Notes under the pieces: generated by a model
The model's database searches: none
What the model was told of the DNA's origin: nothing
Seen by the model: only the letters and a program-made list of their open reading frames with translations
Source of the DNA: Octopus vulgaris
Taxonomy: Eukaryota
Direction of reading: 5' to 3'
NCBI GenBank assembly: GCA_951406725.2
Contig: OX597832.1
Coordinates: 68,820,001-68,884,000 of the forward strand
Length of the DNA stretch: 64,000 nt
Translations under genes and position numbers: made by a program
Part shown: positions 24,384 to 39,128 of the stretch, in pieces
Layout of the letters: each line of letters starts with the position of its first letter
How positions within the stretch are numbered: the stretch's first letter is position 1

Positions 24384-26043
24384 AGAGTGAAAAAAACTAC
24401 AGAAGCTTGTTTTATAAGGTTAAAGAATATATTTAAGTCGTTATGTTAGAAAAATGTTATGAAATTTTCTGTATAGTAACATAGTTTTTGGAGAAATAAC
24501 CGGTTTCATGTAAACTTTTCAAATTTCTCAAATTTCTTTACCTATATCGTGTCATGTCTTCGTTATGAAGTGCAAAGAGGAGTTCCGGGCAAGGGGGAGG
24601 CAATGAGGGATTTCTTCCGGTATAAGGGAGATAATCGCTTTATATTTTTTTATTTTTTTCAATGAGATGAGTTTCTCTGTATAAGAATGTTAGGATGGTT
24701 AAGTTTAGGCTTATATTTTTCAATGAAGAATGTTTCCTTGTTTAATCTAATTTGTGTTGGTGTTCCACTAGCACATTGATAGAATGGAAAGATTAAAAAT
24801 CGTGGAAGTAGTTGATTTGCGCATTTCTCAATATGCTCACTAAAGAGTATCATTCTGTATTCTGGGAATGCAATCTGTTGTTAATGCTGAGTGCATCTGC
24901 ATCTGAGTGATAATCCAGTGGACCCTACGTAGTTTTGGTGGCAGCCCGAGCATCTTATGACATAAATTATGTTTTCAGAAGCACAAGTAAAATTAGATTT
25001 GATCTTGAATTTTTGTCCCTCTTTCAAAAGGAAATCTGATCCTTGCAGAAGGTTTGGGCATGTTGCACAGTTTGGTCTACAACATTTTTTAAACTTTTGC
25101 ATCCGTAATTTCAGAAAACAATTTTGCCTTTGTGAGAATCTTTTTTAGTGATTTAAGTTGTTTGTAGCTTTTAATGATTTTATGTATATTTAGAATTTCC
25201 TTTAATTTGGGGTCCTTATGAAGTATTGGTAACTACTGATGACGATGAAGGCTTCTTTATTTCTGGGGTTGTATGTGGATATGTAAGGCAGACACTACCC
25301 AGTTCAACTCAGAGAGGATGGGATCAGACGTGCAACAGAAATCGACATAAAAACTTTGAGAAAAGTTAAACACAACAACACACCTTCCCCGAAAATACTG
25401 CCTTACATATCCACATAAATTCAAGATCAAATCTAATTTTACTTGTGCTTCTGAAAACATAATTTATGTCATAAGATACTCGGGCTGCCACCAAAACTAC
25501 GTAGGGTCCACTGGATTATCACTCAGATGCAGATGCACTCAGCATCAACAACAGATTGCATTCCCAGAATACAGAATGATACTCTTTAGTGAGCATATTG
25601 AGAAATGCGCAAAGCAACTACTGCCACAATTTTTAATCTTTCCATTCTATCAGTGTGCTATTGGAACACCAACACAAATTAGATTAAACAAGGAAACATT
25701 CTTCATTGAAAAATATAAGCCTAAACTTAACCATCCTAACATTCTTATACAGAGAAACTCATCTCATTGAAAAAAAGAAAAAATATAAAGCAATTATCTC
25801 CCTTATACCGGAAGAAATCCCTCATTGCCTCCCCCTTGCCTGGAACTCCTCTTTGCACTTCATAACGAAGACATGACACGATATAGGTAAAGAAATTTAA
25901 GAAATTTGAAAAGTTTACATGAAACCGGTTATTTCTCCAAAAACTATGTTACTATACAGAAAATTTCATAACATTTTTCTAACATAACGACTTAAATATA
26001 TTCTTTAACCTTATAAAACAAGCCTGCTGTAGTTTTTTCACTC
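24384..26043. mobile_element. Penelope-like element (GIY-YIG endonuclease) remnants in head-to-head inverted arrangement
   Basis: CRPNCATC...FTCASENIIYVIRCSGCHQNYVGSTGLSLRCRCTQH...RLNKETFFIEKYKPKLN on the minus strand. The portion from KFKIKSNF onward is mirrored on plus (arms ~24384-25012 and ~25418-26043). Confidence 0.9.
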
Positions 26044-26165
26044 TTTTCAATTTTTTATACATCCAACCACGTGCTTTCTCACACCAACTTTCTCACCTAT
26101 ATATATATATATATATAGGTGTATGTATGTATGTATGTATGTATGTATATGTGTGTTTGTGTATG

Positions 26166-26213
<48 letters not shown>

Positions 26214-27332
26214 GCTTATATATCTGAGTAGCTGTGTAGCTACCTTACAAAAAGGCTCCTTGTTATTCACTTCAACCCATTATCCCCTAATACAGAGCTG
26301 CCTCCTCCTCTACTGTATTCCTACACAGTTGAAGTGATACTTAATCTTGCAGGATGTACGGTAAACACTAATGCTGGTGCCATGCGAAAGACACCCAGTG
26401 CATGCTATCCAATGGTTGTCATTAGGAAGGGTATCCTGCTGTAGAAGCCTTGCCAAAGTAAACATTGGAGCATGTTGTGGTCTTTGAACCCATCGGATCT
26501 CATCAACTCATCTAACCCGTGCCACATGGATCACTAAGTCTAAATGATGCTAAAGATACTGATAACGATATGTATTTATATATCACACACACATACACAC
26601 TTGCAAGAGTGTGTTTAAACATGCGTACGGACATACATATATATGTATCATTTGAAATCTGTTTCCTATTTACAAGATTTTGTTAATGGATATAATTAAT
26701 TAGAAATAATCGAAAGACAAATATTAATAATCTGAAGACTTAACAAAATAATTCCTAGTTCCTCAACTTGTCCGTTACTTTAATTATCAGTCACAACATA
26801 AACAGAAATGACTTCCAATCCAATTTCACTTTTTTCAACACAATTCTATTACTTTCATAATGATTTGAGTTAATTAATTGAGTTGTGCACACAATGTTTC
26901 ATATATATTACAAGCACACACACACATGCACACACTCATACATACAACAAACATATGTATATATATGTACATTTCTATATTTTCATGATGTTAATCTATA
27001 CATATGCGAATATCAATGTACTTACTCTTATGTATTTGTGATTGTGCATGTGTGTGTAAGTGCATGCATATATGCATATATAAATATTTATGTTTCTATA
27101 TCTATATATCTACTTACACACATACACACGCAAACATATACACACATACACATATATTTATATATATATATATATATACATATATCACTAATAGAAACAC
27201 AGAAGCACCTGTACACACATAGATTTATTAAAATATATATAAACACAAATGCACGTGCATACACATACATACATGCACGCACATGCACACACGCACACAC
27301 ACACACATGCTCACACACTCACACACACACGC

Positions 27333-27369
<37 letters not shown>

Positions 27370-30300
27370 TCTTAATTTGTTTGCATTCTAAGCATCAACC
27401 TGTTCCATCTTGATGTGTCTAATCAATAATTATTAATATCAAAATGTATTAATTACTCCACTGTTATGAAAATAAGCTAATTACAAACCAACTACTTGAC
27501 TATCTGAAAAAAAAACATAATAATTAAAAAATATGTTATATATTCTGTGTGCAGGTGCTTGTATTAATAATATATTTTGCTCTAAGAAACGTTATTTATA
27601 TATTTAGGAAAGAAACTTTTTTTTAAATATCTGGAAAAATAAAATATAATAAAACAGCACAAATCTGGTAAACTTCTTTTCCAAGTATATTGTCTGTTGG
27701 AGTTGTATATTATCAGAATATACTAAACTTAAAATAGTGCATCTCAAATGTTAGTCATCGTGTTCAAGTTCCTAGCACAGATCATATTTTTGCTGTTGGT
27801 TCATCACACCAGACACACGCGTAATTGAGAGGATGGAATAGAACAGACAATGAAAGGCAATGCATGATTGATAGGCCAGAATATAATATGTACTGAATTG
27901 CTCTTTAATCATTGTCTGGAGGAAAACTTCAACTAATTCAAAATACTTTTGTTTCCTCAGAATTCATTTATCTAAATCTATGATAGTGTCACTCTTTAGT
28001 TATTCTTCTTGATTCATTTTATTTTCTTTTATTTGTGCATCATTTGTTATACATATGAAAAAAAAAATCTATAATCAGTATATCAGAGACAGGCTTGATT
28101 AGATTATATGATGTTAATAAAGTCTAATAAGACTGAAACATCTGCAGAGTAGTTCCCCTTGAATAGAATGGATCATGAAATATATAACTCACTTTTGTGA
28201 ACTTACTCCCTACTTTTAAAGTTATCTTCTATTTTATTTACAATTAATGCCAGAAGTGAAATTTCTGTTAATCCACAAGTTATTATAAGTATCATTTGGT
28301 GCACCATCCCTAATTTACTTATATGGGGATAATATAACAAGTTTAATTAATTATCAATATTTCTCTGTTTTTGACATCTTCATCAGCACTGAGTATAAAA
28401 TCAACAGTTTATGAGGACTTTATCTTTCTATTTGAATTTACGCTTTGCATAAATTCCTTTTTGAAACTATTTAGATATTTCATTAGTTTTGGTCTTTGAA
28501 AAAAGATCATAAAATTGCTTTTAAATTAATTTGACAGTATTGATTTCTAATATAAGTTTTTCCGATTTTGATATAATGAAGTGATGAAATGATACTGTGG
28601 CATCTCTAAGTTTGTTCTTCTCAACAACATTGGTCATTTTTAGGGCACAACCAATTCCCTGCAATCACTCTGCAGCTTGCTGCAACTCAATCCCCAGATC
28701 ACTGCTACTGACAGGCTGTTACTTCATTGTGTCTTCAGTTGTCATGAGAATGGCTTTTGCCCTTTTCAATTTAGCTTTCTTCTCATTCATTCCAGCACTG
28801 GCCTTTCCAGCATGACTCTTCTTTATTTTTTATCAGTTGTATTATGCCTTGTGCTACAGGTTTTGCTTTGAGTTCAAACCACACCATGGTCAGATTAGCC
28901 TTTCTTTCGTGGGGGTCAAGGAAAATTTATTTATTGATGCCAAGTAATAGACTGGCAGAACTATAAGAATATCAAACCAGATATTTTATGGCATTTGTCT
29001 CATCTCTATGTGTTCCTGTGACCATATCTGCAACTCTTGGCTGGTGTTTCTAGTAGAAGTAGCTCTCTTCAATACTGACTTCTCTTTTTGTTTTGTTTTT
29101 GTGCTGTTTTTCTTTTTGAATTCCACAAAAATTCCTAAAGCTTTCAGAATAACAAGCATGCAAGAAATATGAAGCTCATATATTTAAGAAGATAATTACT
29201 TCTATTTCTTCTAGTGAGTGGTGGTGGGAGGTTATTGCTATGCTTGATATTTCCATTATAAAATCGAAAAAAACCCTTCTGGCTAACTTTGAACCCAAAG
29301 GTGCAAGCATGTTAAGTGATTTGTTTCCTGACCATGTGCTTTTTAGTCCAATCGCCAATTTTCTACGGCTGGATGCCCTTCCTGTCACCAACCCTTTTTA
29401 GTTTTCACAGAAGATGGGAAATGAAGGACACCAATTGTACCACAGTGATTGCTCACTCACAACTATCATGCAATGTCGAGAAAGGACAGTATAAAACACA
29501 CACAACAAGCTTCCACACAGTTTTCTTCAACAAAATCAACTCATAAAACTTTGAATGACTTGAGAAGACACTTGCCCAAGGTGCCACAGAGTAGGACTGA
29601 ACCTGATGCCTTATGGTAGGGGAGAAAACTTATTACCCACACAGCCATGCCTGTACCAACATGAATGACAGAGAATATACCAATCACTGACGAACAAGAA
29701 ACCAAGAAAATCCCAGGGTGGAACTGAAGTTGGCAAATAAGAGGAGAAAATTGATTGCTGGGAGATATTTAGTCCCAATACACTAAACTTCTCCATGAAG
29801 AATCTTTAACATAGAATCTAATTTAAAATATTAATTGAAAACAAACAATTAAGAAGGTAGATTGTCTTATACTGAAATATGACTAAAATCTCAATTATCT
29901 CGCTAATACAAATTTACATTTCGGTGAAATAAATAATTAAACAAACAAAAAATAACCCAAAATTATTACACCATTTTTTCTATGTATTTATTTATACATT
30001 ATGACTGGATATATAATTCTGATATAATTTAATAAATAGAAATACTAGATTAATCTGCCGAATAAATTTCATTTACCTTTTGAAATTTTAAATTGAATTT
30101 CAAATAGAAAAAGAAAAATACATTTTTGATTACAGTTTCTGTATAATCTTAAATATTCTAGAGAGTGATATGCTGTAAAATAAATGAGTAAACTGTAGCC
30201 AAATGCTACAATATCCTAAAAAAACCCACAAAGAATAACAAAAGAAAAGCTATTTTGGTTACTAATTAATTCAGTCAAGCAATCGAACAAGATTTCAAGT

Positions 30301-31684
30301 GAATTCACTGATTTCTTAAGAAATTAATCCAAATCCAAAGTAAATATTCCGTTAGTGGCTTTCTCTCAGACTGTCTGTTCCTTTGTTTCAAGATTTTGTT
30401 TGTAATTTCTGTTAAAATTATTAATTGAAAACTAAATTTGAAAAAATACTAAGAAACAATGATATTTAAATAAGTATTTCTTGTTTTAATATTTTCAAAA
30501 TATTCTAAGCCGAAAAAATGATAGAATAATAAGTTGTGGCCAAACATACTAAGGACATCATTACAATGTAGTGAGACAAGTTAATCAAAATGAAGCCTAA
30601 TTAAACTTCAGTTTGTAACAAGCATCAATATATTTGTTTCAACTGATAAACATTTTAATTAGATATTAATATTATTATGCATTATCAATATTATTGTCTC
30701 CTTCCTCCAGTCTTTTTGTCAAACTTTAATTATTATGATTGAGTTTTCATTCTAAGCTCAAAACCTACCAAGGTCAATTTTGCTTTTCATCCATTTGGTG
30801 CTGATAAAAGGGAGTACCAGTCAAATATTGGGGGTCAATGTAATCAAGGAAACTCCTCCTACACAATTTCATGCCTTGTCTCTATTTTAGAAAGAGTTAT
30901 TATCTTATAATAATTCTGCTTGTCATTGCATTACTTAGCCCATTGGTTACGCTTTCATGTGATTAGAGCAAAAGAGGGAGAGACAGAAAAGAGGGAGAGA
31001 GAATGAGAGGGAAGGAGAAAAAGAAAGAGGGAGAGAGGAAAATAGAAAGAGAGAGAAGCATCCGTGATGTGAGATAGGGGAAACATAATGATTTTAGCAG
31101 AGGGGTGATGTTCTGATGGTGAAGTTAAAGAAAGACAGAGAAAGTGAGGGAAAATAGAGCAAGGAAGGAAAGAAAGAGGAGAAAAAGAGAGGAGGGAAAG
31201 AGATGATGATGGTGGTGGTAGTGATTAGATAGTGAAAAGTGTATTTTTTTAATTGAACTTCCTCATATCACCTATCATTTAACACATGCATGTAAGTGCA
31301 ATTCCATGAAATATTCACGCTTATTTATGTGGCAGACATATGCAATTTAAATAAAGGTTGTATCACATGTACAGGATATTTGGGGTTTTTTTTCTTCCTT
31401 TATGGGAAACATGGAAAAATAAGAGTGAATATTTATTTTGAGTACTGTGATTTAAGTCTATAAAACTGTTCAGAAATTATATAAAGTGGATTAAGTAATC
31501 ATCGTATTCCAATTTCCTTCACTTTCCTGTGATTAGCAGATGAGTGACCATCTTTCCATACAGACATAACACAGGCTACACTTTCAGGTTTTTTGGATAA
31601 GACTTTCAGAAATAACACCATTGATTTATTATTAATTCCATGAAATATTCGTGGATTCCATTGGATATGAAGGTGCACTATCCA

Positions 31685-31910
31685 AACATGATCGATGCCA
31701 GGCCTGCCTGACTGGCTCCTGTGCCGGTGGCATGTAAAAAGCACCCACTACACACTTGGAGTGGTTGGTGTTAGGAATGACATCCAGCTGTAGAAACCTT
31801 GCCAAATCAGATTGGAGCCTGGTGCAGCTGCTGGCTCTCCAGACCTCAGTCAAAACGTCCAACCCATGCCAGCATGGAAAACGGACGTTAAACAATGATG
31901 ATAATGAGGA
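31685..31910 (+). mobile_element. 3'-end fragment of the RTE family or of an RTE-tailed SINE
   Basis: GTGCCGGTGGCATGTAAAAAGCACCCACTACAC...CCATGCCAGCATGGAAAACGGACGTTAAAC plus a GAT tail. Similar fragments at ~26370-26550, ~48030-48250 and ~59650-59850 (minus). Confidence 0.8.
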
Positions 31911-32196
31911 TGTACCAAGCTGGCAGAATTGTTAGAGCAATGGACAAAATACTGATCACCATTTCTCGAAGCTCTTTAGATTCTGAGTTCAGATACCACT
32001 GAAGTCAAATTTGTCTTTGATCTTTTTGGAGATAAAATAGCAGTCATGTGCTAGGGTTGAAGTCATTGTCTAATCCCTAACCCTAAAATTCCTAGTCTTG
32101 TGCCAGAATTTGAAACAACCATTACCATTATTAAAGGAGCAAATAGGCAGAATCCCTACAGTATCAGAAAAATTGCTTTCCAGTCTTAATTTTGGT

Positions 32197-32823
32197 CCTG
32201 GAAAGTTTTGGCATTTATAAGCAGCCATCTTTGCCTTTTTCAGGTGAGGATGTAGTCAATCTGACTAGTGTGTCTGCCCGAGCGGTAGGTAACTAGGTGA
32301 CTGGCAGGTTTTCTGAAGTTAGTATTGCAAACCATAAGATCATTTGCGTCTCAGAACTCCAGCAGCCTGGTTCCCGCCTCATTGCGAGTGCCAAAACCGT
32401 AGCCTCCATGTATGCCATGGAAACCCCCAACATGTTGTCCAACATGTCCATTGAAGTCACGAGCCACAATGAGAAGGTCCCTATCATTCGTCAATGCGGT
32501 AGTCTGCAAGAGGGTGTCATAGAATCGGTCTTTCTGTCCATTGGGTAGCCCTGGCTGAGGGGCATAGGCCGAGATAATGGCTGCTAACCCATGGTGGAGC
32601 ACTAATCTAATCTTAAGTATTCTGTCACATACCCTGACTACCTCAATTACCTTATCTACCCATTTCTCCGCAAGAAGTATACCCACACCTCCAATCCCGT
32701 CAGTGTCCCCTGGCCAGAAAATCTGGTACCTGTGTTCTTTACCTGTGAGGAACCTAGCAGAACCTCCTCTCCTCCTAACTTCTTGGATGCAGCACATATC
32801 AACACATCTCCGTTCAAGTATCT
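32197..32823 (-). mobile_element. APE-domain fragment of the RTE-PHD LINE family
   Basis: The translation matches the N-terminal region of the 9832-12960 ORF (nt ~9986-10613). Confidence 0.92.
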
Positions 32824-33003
32824 GTATTTTTATATATGCATCCATGTCTTTATTTAATTTCAGTAGGGAAGGAAATTAGATGACTTTTTAAGAGTCATTT
32901 TTGAAAGATAAACATGACACATTTGCAGAGTTTTCAGCAATATTAAATGGTATTTTCCTCATTAGCATTGTTATAAGGGTACACATATAATAATAAGATT
33001 ACA

Positions 33004-33615
33004 TCATCATCATTGTTCGACCGTGGTCGAGACAATGGAATTTACCATGCTACGCCAGACTTCACGGTCCATCATAGCATTATGGAGGTCCTGTTGCTGG
33101 ATGCCTGTATCCCTGGAGATTACATCAGGGTAGGAGAGTGTGCACCCGCTGGTATCGCTAGTAGATGGCTTCCAGAGGAGAAGAGTAGAAATTGCCTTGT
33201 TTTCAGCTCTACAACAATGTCCAGCAAACTGGACTCTCCTACCTTTCACAAGAGATGACACAAGTGGTAGTTTCCCATATATTTGCATTTTGGTTGGATG
33301 ACACTTCCACAAGAGATTTTGACTAAAGCGTTGGACTCTGTAGATAGGTACAAAATGTTTGAAATCCTTAAGCTCTATGGGATTCCAGACAAAATCATTT
33401 CTACCATCAAGGTCCTCTACACAGACCTTAACCCCTGACGGAGAAACATCATCTTTCTCAATCAAAGCTGGAATACTACAGGGAGACACACTTGCCCCAT
33501 TTCTCTTCATCATTGTCGTTGACTATGTGCTACATATGTCAGTTGATACCATCTCTGGCAAGTGCTTTGAAAGAAAACCTAGAAGAAGTTCCAGACACCC
33601 AGCTGAATACTTGAC
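33004..33615. mobile_element. 5'-inverted, truncated LINE (RTE-like, different family) with 14-bp target-site duplication
   Basis: The 3' end lies on minus (RRVQFAGHCCR...AMMDREVWR, (GAT)n tail) and an RT segment on plus (GILQGDTLAPFLFIIVVDYVL). ATAATAAGATTACA occurs at 32990-33003 and 33616-33629. Confidence 0.9.
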
Positions 33616-35798
33616 ATAATAAGATTACACACACACACTCATATGAATATATATGTATATACATAGGCATACATAATGTATACATGCATATTTATACACA
33701 CACATACATGCACAGCATACAAATATATACACAATATATCCATTTACATATGCACACATACATACACACACACACATTCACACAGAAATATACAAACACC
33801 TGTCTGTTCAATGAAATAATCTCTGAAATCATTTAAAAGTAACATATTGCCCATTCTGTAATCCTATAACTTAGATACCTACGAATGCAAATACAAAATT
33901 TATGACCATCAACATAGACATAAGAATAGATATGTTTCTTGTTCTAAGTAGGTACATGAAAGTTTGAAATGTAACAACAATGCAAAAGAACTATTTCCTG
34001 CCGCATACCACAAGAAATATCTAATTCTTTGCAACATGAAACAGCTGCTAGGTTGAGTTGCAAATAGAACTTTGTTGAAATATAGCATTGTCAAATCACC
34101 TCTGGACCTCCAGCAAAAAGTACATGGAAACTAAATTTTCTCTATGTATATTCATAGACATAGACTGACAGTATGTCATATACTCATCTCTCTCTCTCAC
34201 TTTCACTTTCTCACTATATATATATATATATATATAAACACATACAGATATACATATGCAAATATAAAGATACACATAAGTATATACGTATATAATATGT
34301 ACACAGACAAACATACATGTTACATGTGTGTGTGTGTGTGTGTGTGAATACATACGTACTTGCAGACATTTCATTTCACTAAGCTTACACTTCCATCCAT
34401 CAACTGCAAACTTCAGCAGAAATAGTGATATTGACAGGTCTGTCCCAGAATAGAAGCAGGGTGGATGAGGCTTAAGGTAAATTTTGACAGCCTTTGAGTG
34501 CTGTGTGAGGTAGCACTCACTCACCACCTGCTAAACAACAGCAACAAATTTAACTAAACCAACCAAGTACTTAAACATAACATTTTGCAAGGCAAGAGTG
34601 TGCATCACATGAGACACCCACTTCCTGGTGACCTTGCATACAAACCCAGAAGTACAGCATTGAAATATTTCAGCAAATCCCAGCAGAAGAATCACTCCAC
34701 ATGACAAAAAGGGGTATTAAATGGGTATGTTACCCACAAATTCATGTGAAAATTACCATGAAGTGTAGCTTGTCTCAAACTCTTGATTGCTACAAGACTT
34801 CACATCTGAAAGCCTATATTTTAGCAATCCATGGGCAGGAAATAGCTAAGAAATATCTAATGAGTAAACAAGAGTGAAGTGCTTAAAATCCAAAGGTAAA
34901 ACTAAATGTTGCTTACACTCTGTGGAGGACATACCACATGTAAACAGTATCTGCCCCCAAAATGTCTCTAAGGTACTGCCATTGTGATATGATGATGTTG
35001 TTGTTAAAGCATTATAAAATGCAATCACCTGTAAAAACTGTCTTGAGATTAATATAAGCCACAGATCTGCTATTGACTGTGTGTGTAGTTAACACAAGCA
35101 ATATTGGTCATTCCGATCAAAATTTGTATCAAGTTCAATCATAACTTGCCAGATATATCTTTTGAAGACTGATAAGAAGAATCACAGAGAGTCATAGAAA
35201 TCAGATGCTCAGCAGATGTGAACTCCAGTTTCAAAAGAAGCAAGAACGAGAATATTTATGGACAACTGCTTCAAAGCTTACATCTCCTCTTCTTTGATTA
35301 TAAATTCCATTTATATCAAAAATTATCAGTGCACATATCTAGGTAAGTTAATTTTGATGTGACAATATTGGAATGCTCAGATTTTCAGAGAAAAGGAGAG
35401 AGCAGTTAAAATGTAATTTATGGAGGCAATTTATGAAAGGAACAGTAAAAATATGCAAGAATTTTCTGGAGTCCAAAATTGAACAGTGATTGTTATTGCT
35501 ATCGGAATTCAAGTGATGAAGCTTTTGTTTCTCTGCCAGACAGAAATGCCTTTCATTCTGGAAGAATTCTAATTAAAAACAAAGCAACAATATAATGGCA
35601 TACACACTCACACACACACAAACGTATACATATATATAGTTATTCATATTCACACACACAGACACATATATCCATATACATATATGGGAAAGAATTCATA
35701 GTAGTGAATACATTTGCATTTCATGGACTTAGAAATAAGAAATAAGAAATTCTTAAGTCTTACAACTAGGTGAAACTGAAATAAATTAATGTTGTGTC

Positions 35799-35846
<48 letters not shown>

Positions 35847-38800
35847 TATCTGTGTGAATGTATTTAAAATCCACTATGTTAATTTTTTTGAGTTATTTTA
35901 AAGTAATTTTTATATAGTATGGTGTATGAATTCTAATGGGAACATCTTCTAGTAGTTTGGATATGGCAGTAACTACATCCTTCTATCTCTCTGATTGAAT
36001 TTACAAATGTCTTTCTCTGCTGCTATTTTTATCTTTCTCTCATTTCCACTGTGTGTGTGTATGTGAGTTTGTGTGTCTGTGTGTATGTGTGTTTTTGTGT
36101 GTGCATGTACATACTCATATATAAATATGTATGTAGGTATATGGAGATGTATATTTGCAGCAAGTATAAGTGAGTCCATATATTTCAGAGAAAATGCTAA
36201 TTCCATGAATACAAATATATACAAATGATAAATGCATGAAGACGTATGGGGTTTGCTATTACCACACCAAATATCTCAACTGCTGTACACTGCTTTGAAA
36301 GTTCTGTGTTTTCTGGATGTGGTCAGCCAGATGAAAGCAACTCAGGTTGTATTTCACAATCAGGCAGCAGCACATGCAGAAAAAAAAACCATGGTGTCTG
36401 CATTTAGATGTTGTAGTATTGATCCTAACGCCATATTTTTAATGCCCATTTTTGCATGGGTCAGAAAGAATCTGCTGAAGAAGATTTTCTCCAGCTGGAT
36501 GCTCTTCCAGTCACCACTTCTCACCTATTCTCAAGCAAAGAAATATTTCCTTGTGGTCAGACATGTTTTCATGGAAGATTGGAAATTAAGAAATCAGTGA
36601 TGCTATACTATATCAAATAAAGTAAACCAACCCATCACCATCAACATGCATACACATATACAAACATATATATAACAGGCTTCTTTCAGTTTCTTTCCAT
36701 CAAACCCAATCACAAAACTTTGGTTAGCCTAGAATTATAGTAGAAGACACTTGCCAAGACACTTCCCTGTTTTGCATATGGCCAGGAGTCATTTTATAGA
36801 GATTCAGCTTCTATTTCTAGCATATATAGTGATTGCATAAGAGTCTTCATTGTGAGTTCTTTTGAATGGGCTGAGTATTGCAGGATGAACAGAGGCAGCC
36901 AAAAGTATGTTGGTAAGGAACAAAAGAGAAGAACTACAAGAATTATTTAGGGGTCGCAGCCAAACCTGAGTGTTTTGACTTCTATACTATTGAAAGAAAC
37001 GATGCTATATCACCACAAAATAAAGTGTTTCTTTTTAAAATTATTTCTTGAACATTTGGAATATTTCTTTTTATTTCTTAACAAATCTGAAAATAGGACA
37101 TTAATATTCTTACGAAATAACCAATATTGTTATTGCTGTTGTTGACCCCCAAATCAATCCTGAACATTCAGATCCATGAGCAAAGATGTTTCAGTTTTAT
37201 AAATACCATCTTCCTTTATGAATATTTACTGCATTACCTGAGTCTTTCATTCTACTGAGATGAGAAGTTGTGATTGGTGGGATATTTAGCTACTGTTGCT
37301 ATTTCTTGCAATGTAACTGGCAAGAGAGAAGCTCCCTCATGGCTTTACACTCACTCAGTGGTTTAATTCTATATAATTGTTAACTTTTTATTAAATCCAT
37401 TCTTTTTTTCTTTATGTTCTTTACCAAACACTAGAAGATTTTTTGCCTTTTTTTATATATATATTTTAATTCCAGACTTGACTAATTTCTTATGGGAAGA
37501 GTTAAAGGGGGTTCAGATGCTAATTTAGGTGATGGCAAGAAGCTGAAATCATTACTAGACAACACTGCTCTTTAATCAATAATGATAACATATCTCAGTA
37601 GACAAATAATGATGGTTTATCTGTGTTTGTGGATAATCCATACTGTCTGAAAGCAATTCAAAACATGTACACACTGACACACTCATAATTGCTGTCAAAA
37701 TCCTTTCAGTCTGATAAAGATGATGATTCAAAGCACTTTGCAACCATCAAAACTCAACTCAGCCATAACCCTAACAAATTCCTCAATCTAATGTTCCCTT
37801 GCAAGCGGGATAGCAAAACTGCAACAAAACAGTACCTGGCAGAGTTTCTTCAGGAAATCTCCATCAACAGTGACTATTATCTCTGTTAAAACATGAATGT
37901 GTCCAAAGACGGAGGTGAGGCAACAATTTTAACAGTTCAAGTAAGAAGCTGACAAAGGACAATTGTTGTGTAGAGTCCCACACAACAAACTGCTGTGCAA
38001 GCTTCTAAAAGCCCATATTAGGGTTGAGTGATGGAGATCTGTTAAGTCAATCCTTTATGCTACGAAATATATCAACAATAGCAGAGACATTACTGAAATT
38101 CATTTTACTGCAAATATTTGTGCCAGGTCAGTAGTTTGACGATATCTATATCCCTCTTTCCAAACAATCCACTGAGGCCCTCTTAAATTGTATTGGCATT
38201 GTCTTTCATTACTGACTGAAAGAGAAACATAAATAACCTTGAGGTTTCTTGTTTGATAATAATGGCAAGAATTTTAGTCGAGTCACTCCCCTAGTCTTTA
38301 GCATATGGTGATACTAAAAATATGGTGATGCTACAAAGGAAATAAAAAAGAACTCAAGATGTTAGACAGAACAAATGTTTAAAATATTACTTATGATTAA
38401 AATTTTGCATCCTTCTATTACTCTCGTTCACATTCCAGTTTATAGCTAACCCTTATATGCAGCTGGCTGACTTTATTTATAACTTTGGTTGATTCCAGCA
38501 TTTACAGCATATGACATGATGTTCTACTGATTTCCAGCCATGTCATTGTCTATGTTTAATTCTAATCAGTAGTTCTACTAATTTTAACAATACAGTACTT
38601 TTTTCATGACAGCATTCTAAAAATAACTCAGACTTCCTTTTCAATGAAACTGCTGTTTAGGGTGGAAAGTAAGTAAATCCTGATTTGCCTGAAAATTATA
38701 CTTCTAGCAGAATTTCAGTGTAGAATACCATAGATGGTAAATAATATACTGGAGATTTGTTTCCCTACCTGTCCAAAGATGTTTCATATATTCATCAAGC

Positions 38801-39128
38801 AATGATAGATTACCTTTACATTTTGCAAGTTAAATGTTTTATAATATTTGTATTATGTGGGAAAATGTCCGAGAATCAGACTTAAGACAGTCTTTGTGAG
38901 ATTAAATTTCACATTGTTTGAATGGGTGGTTAACTAAGACAATTTTACGATCACTGTTTAAATTTCTATTACCTTCCATTATCTCAAATTACTTCAGAGC
39001 TTGGAATAACTTTAATTTTATCGTTAAATACATGATGCTCCCGCACTTTAACATAAATATGTCTGTTTAAAATTTTTGGTCACATATAATTATGGTCCTA
39101 CTCTAGAAAGTTGTACAATTATAAGTAC

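Noticed and set aside
34560-35340. Higher-complexity island, possibly a very old LINE RT remnant (similar at ~37700-38150 and ~16330-16650)
   Set aside because: Too decayed to assign motifs reliably by eye.
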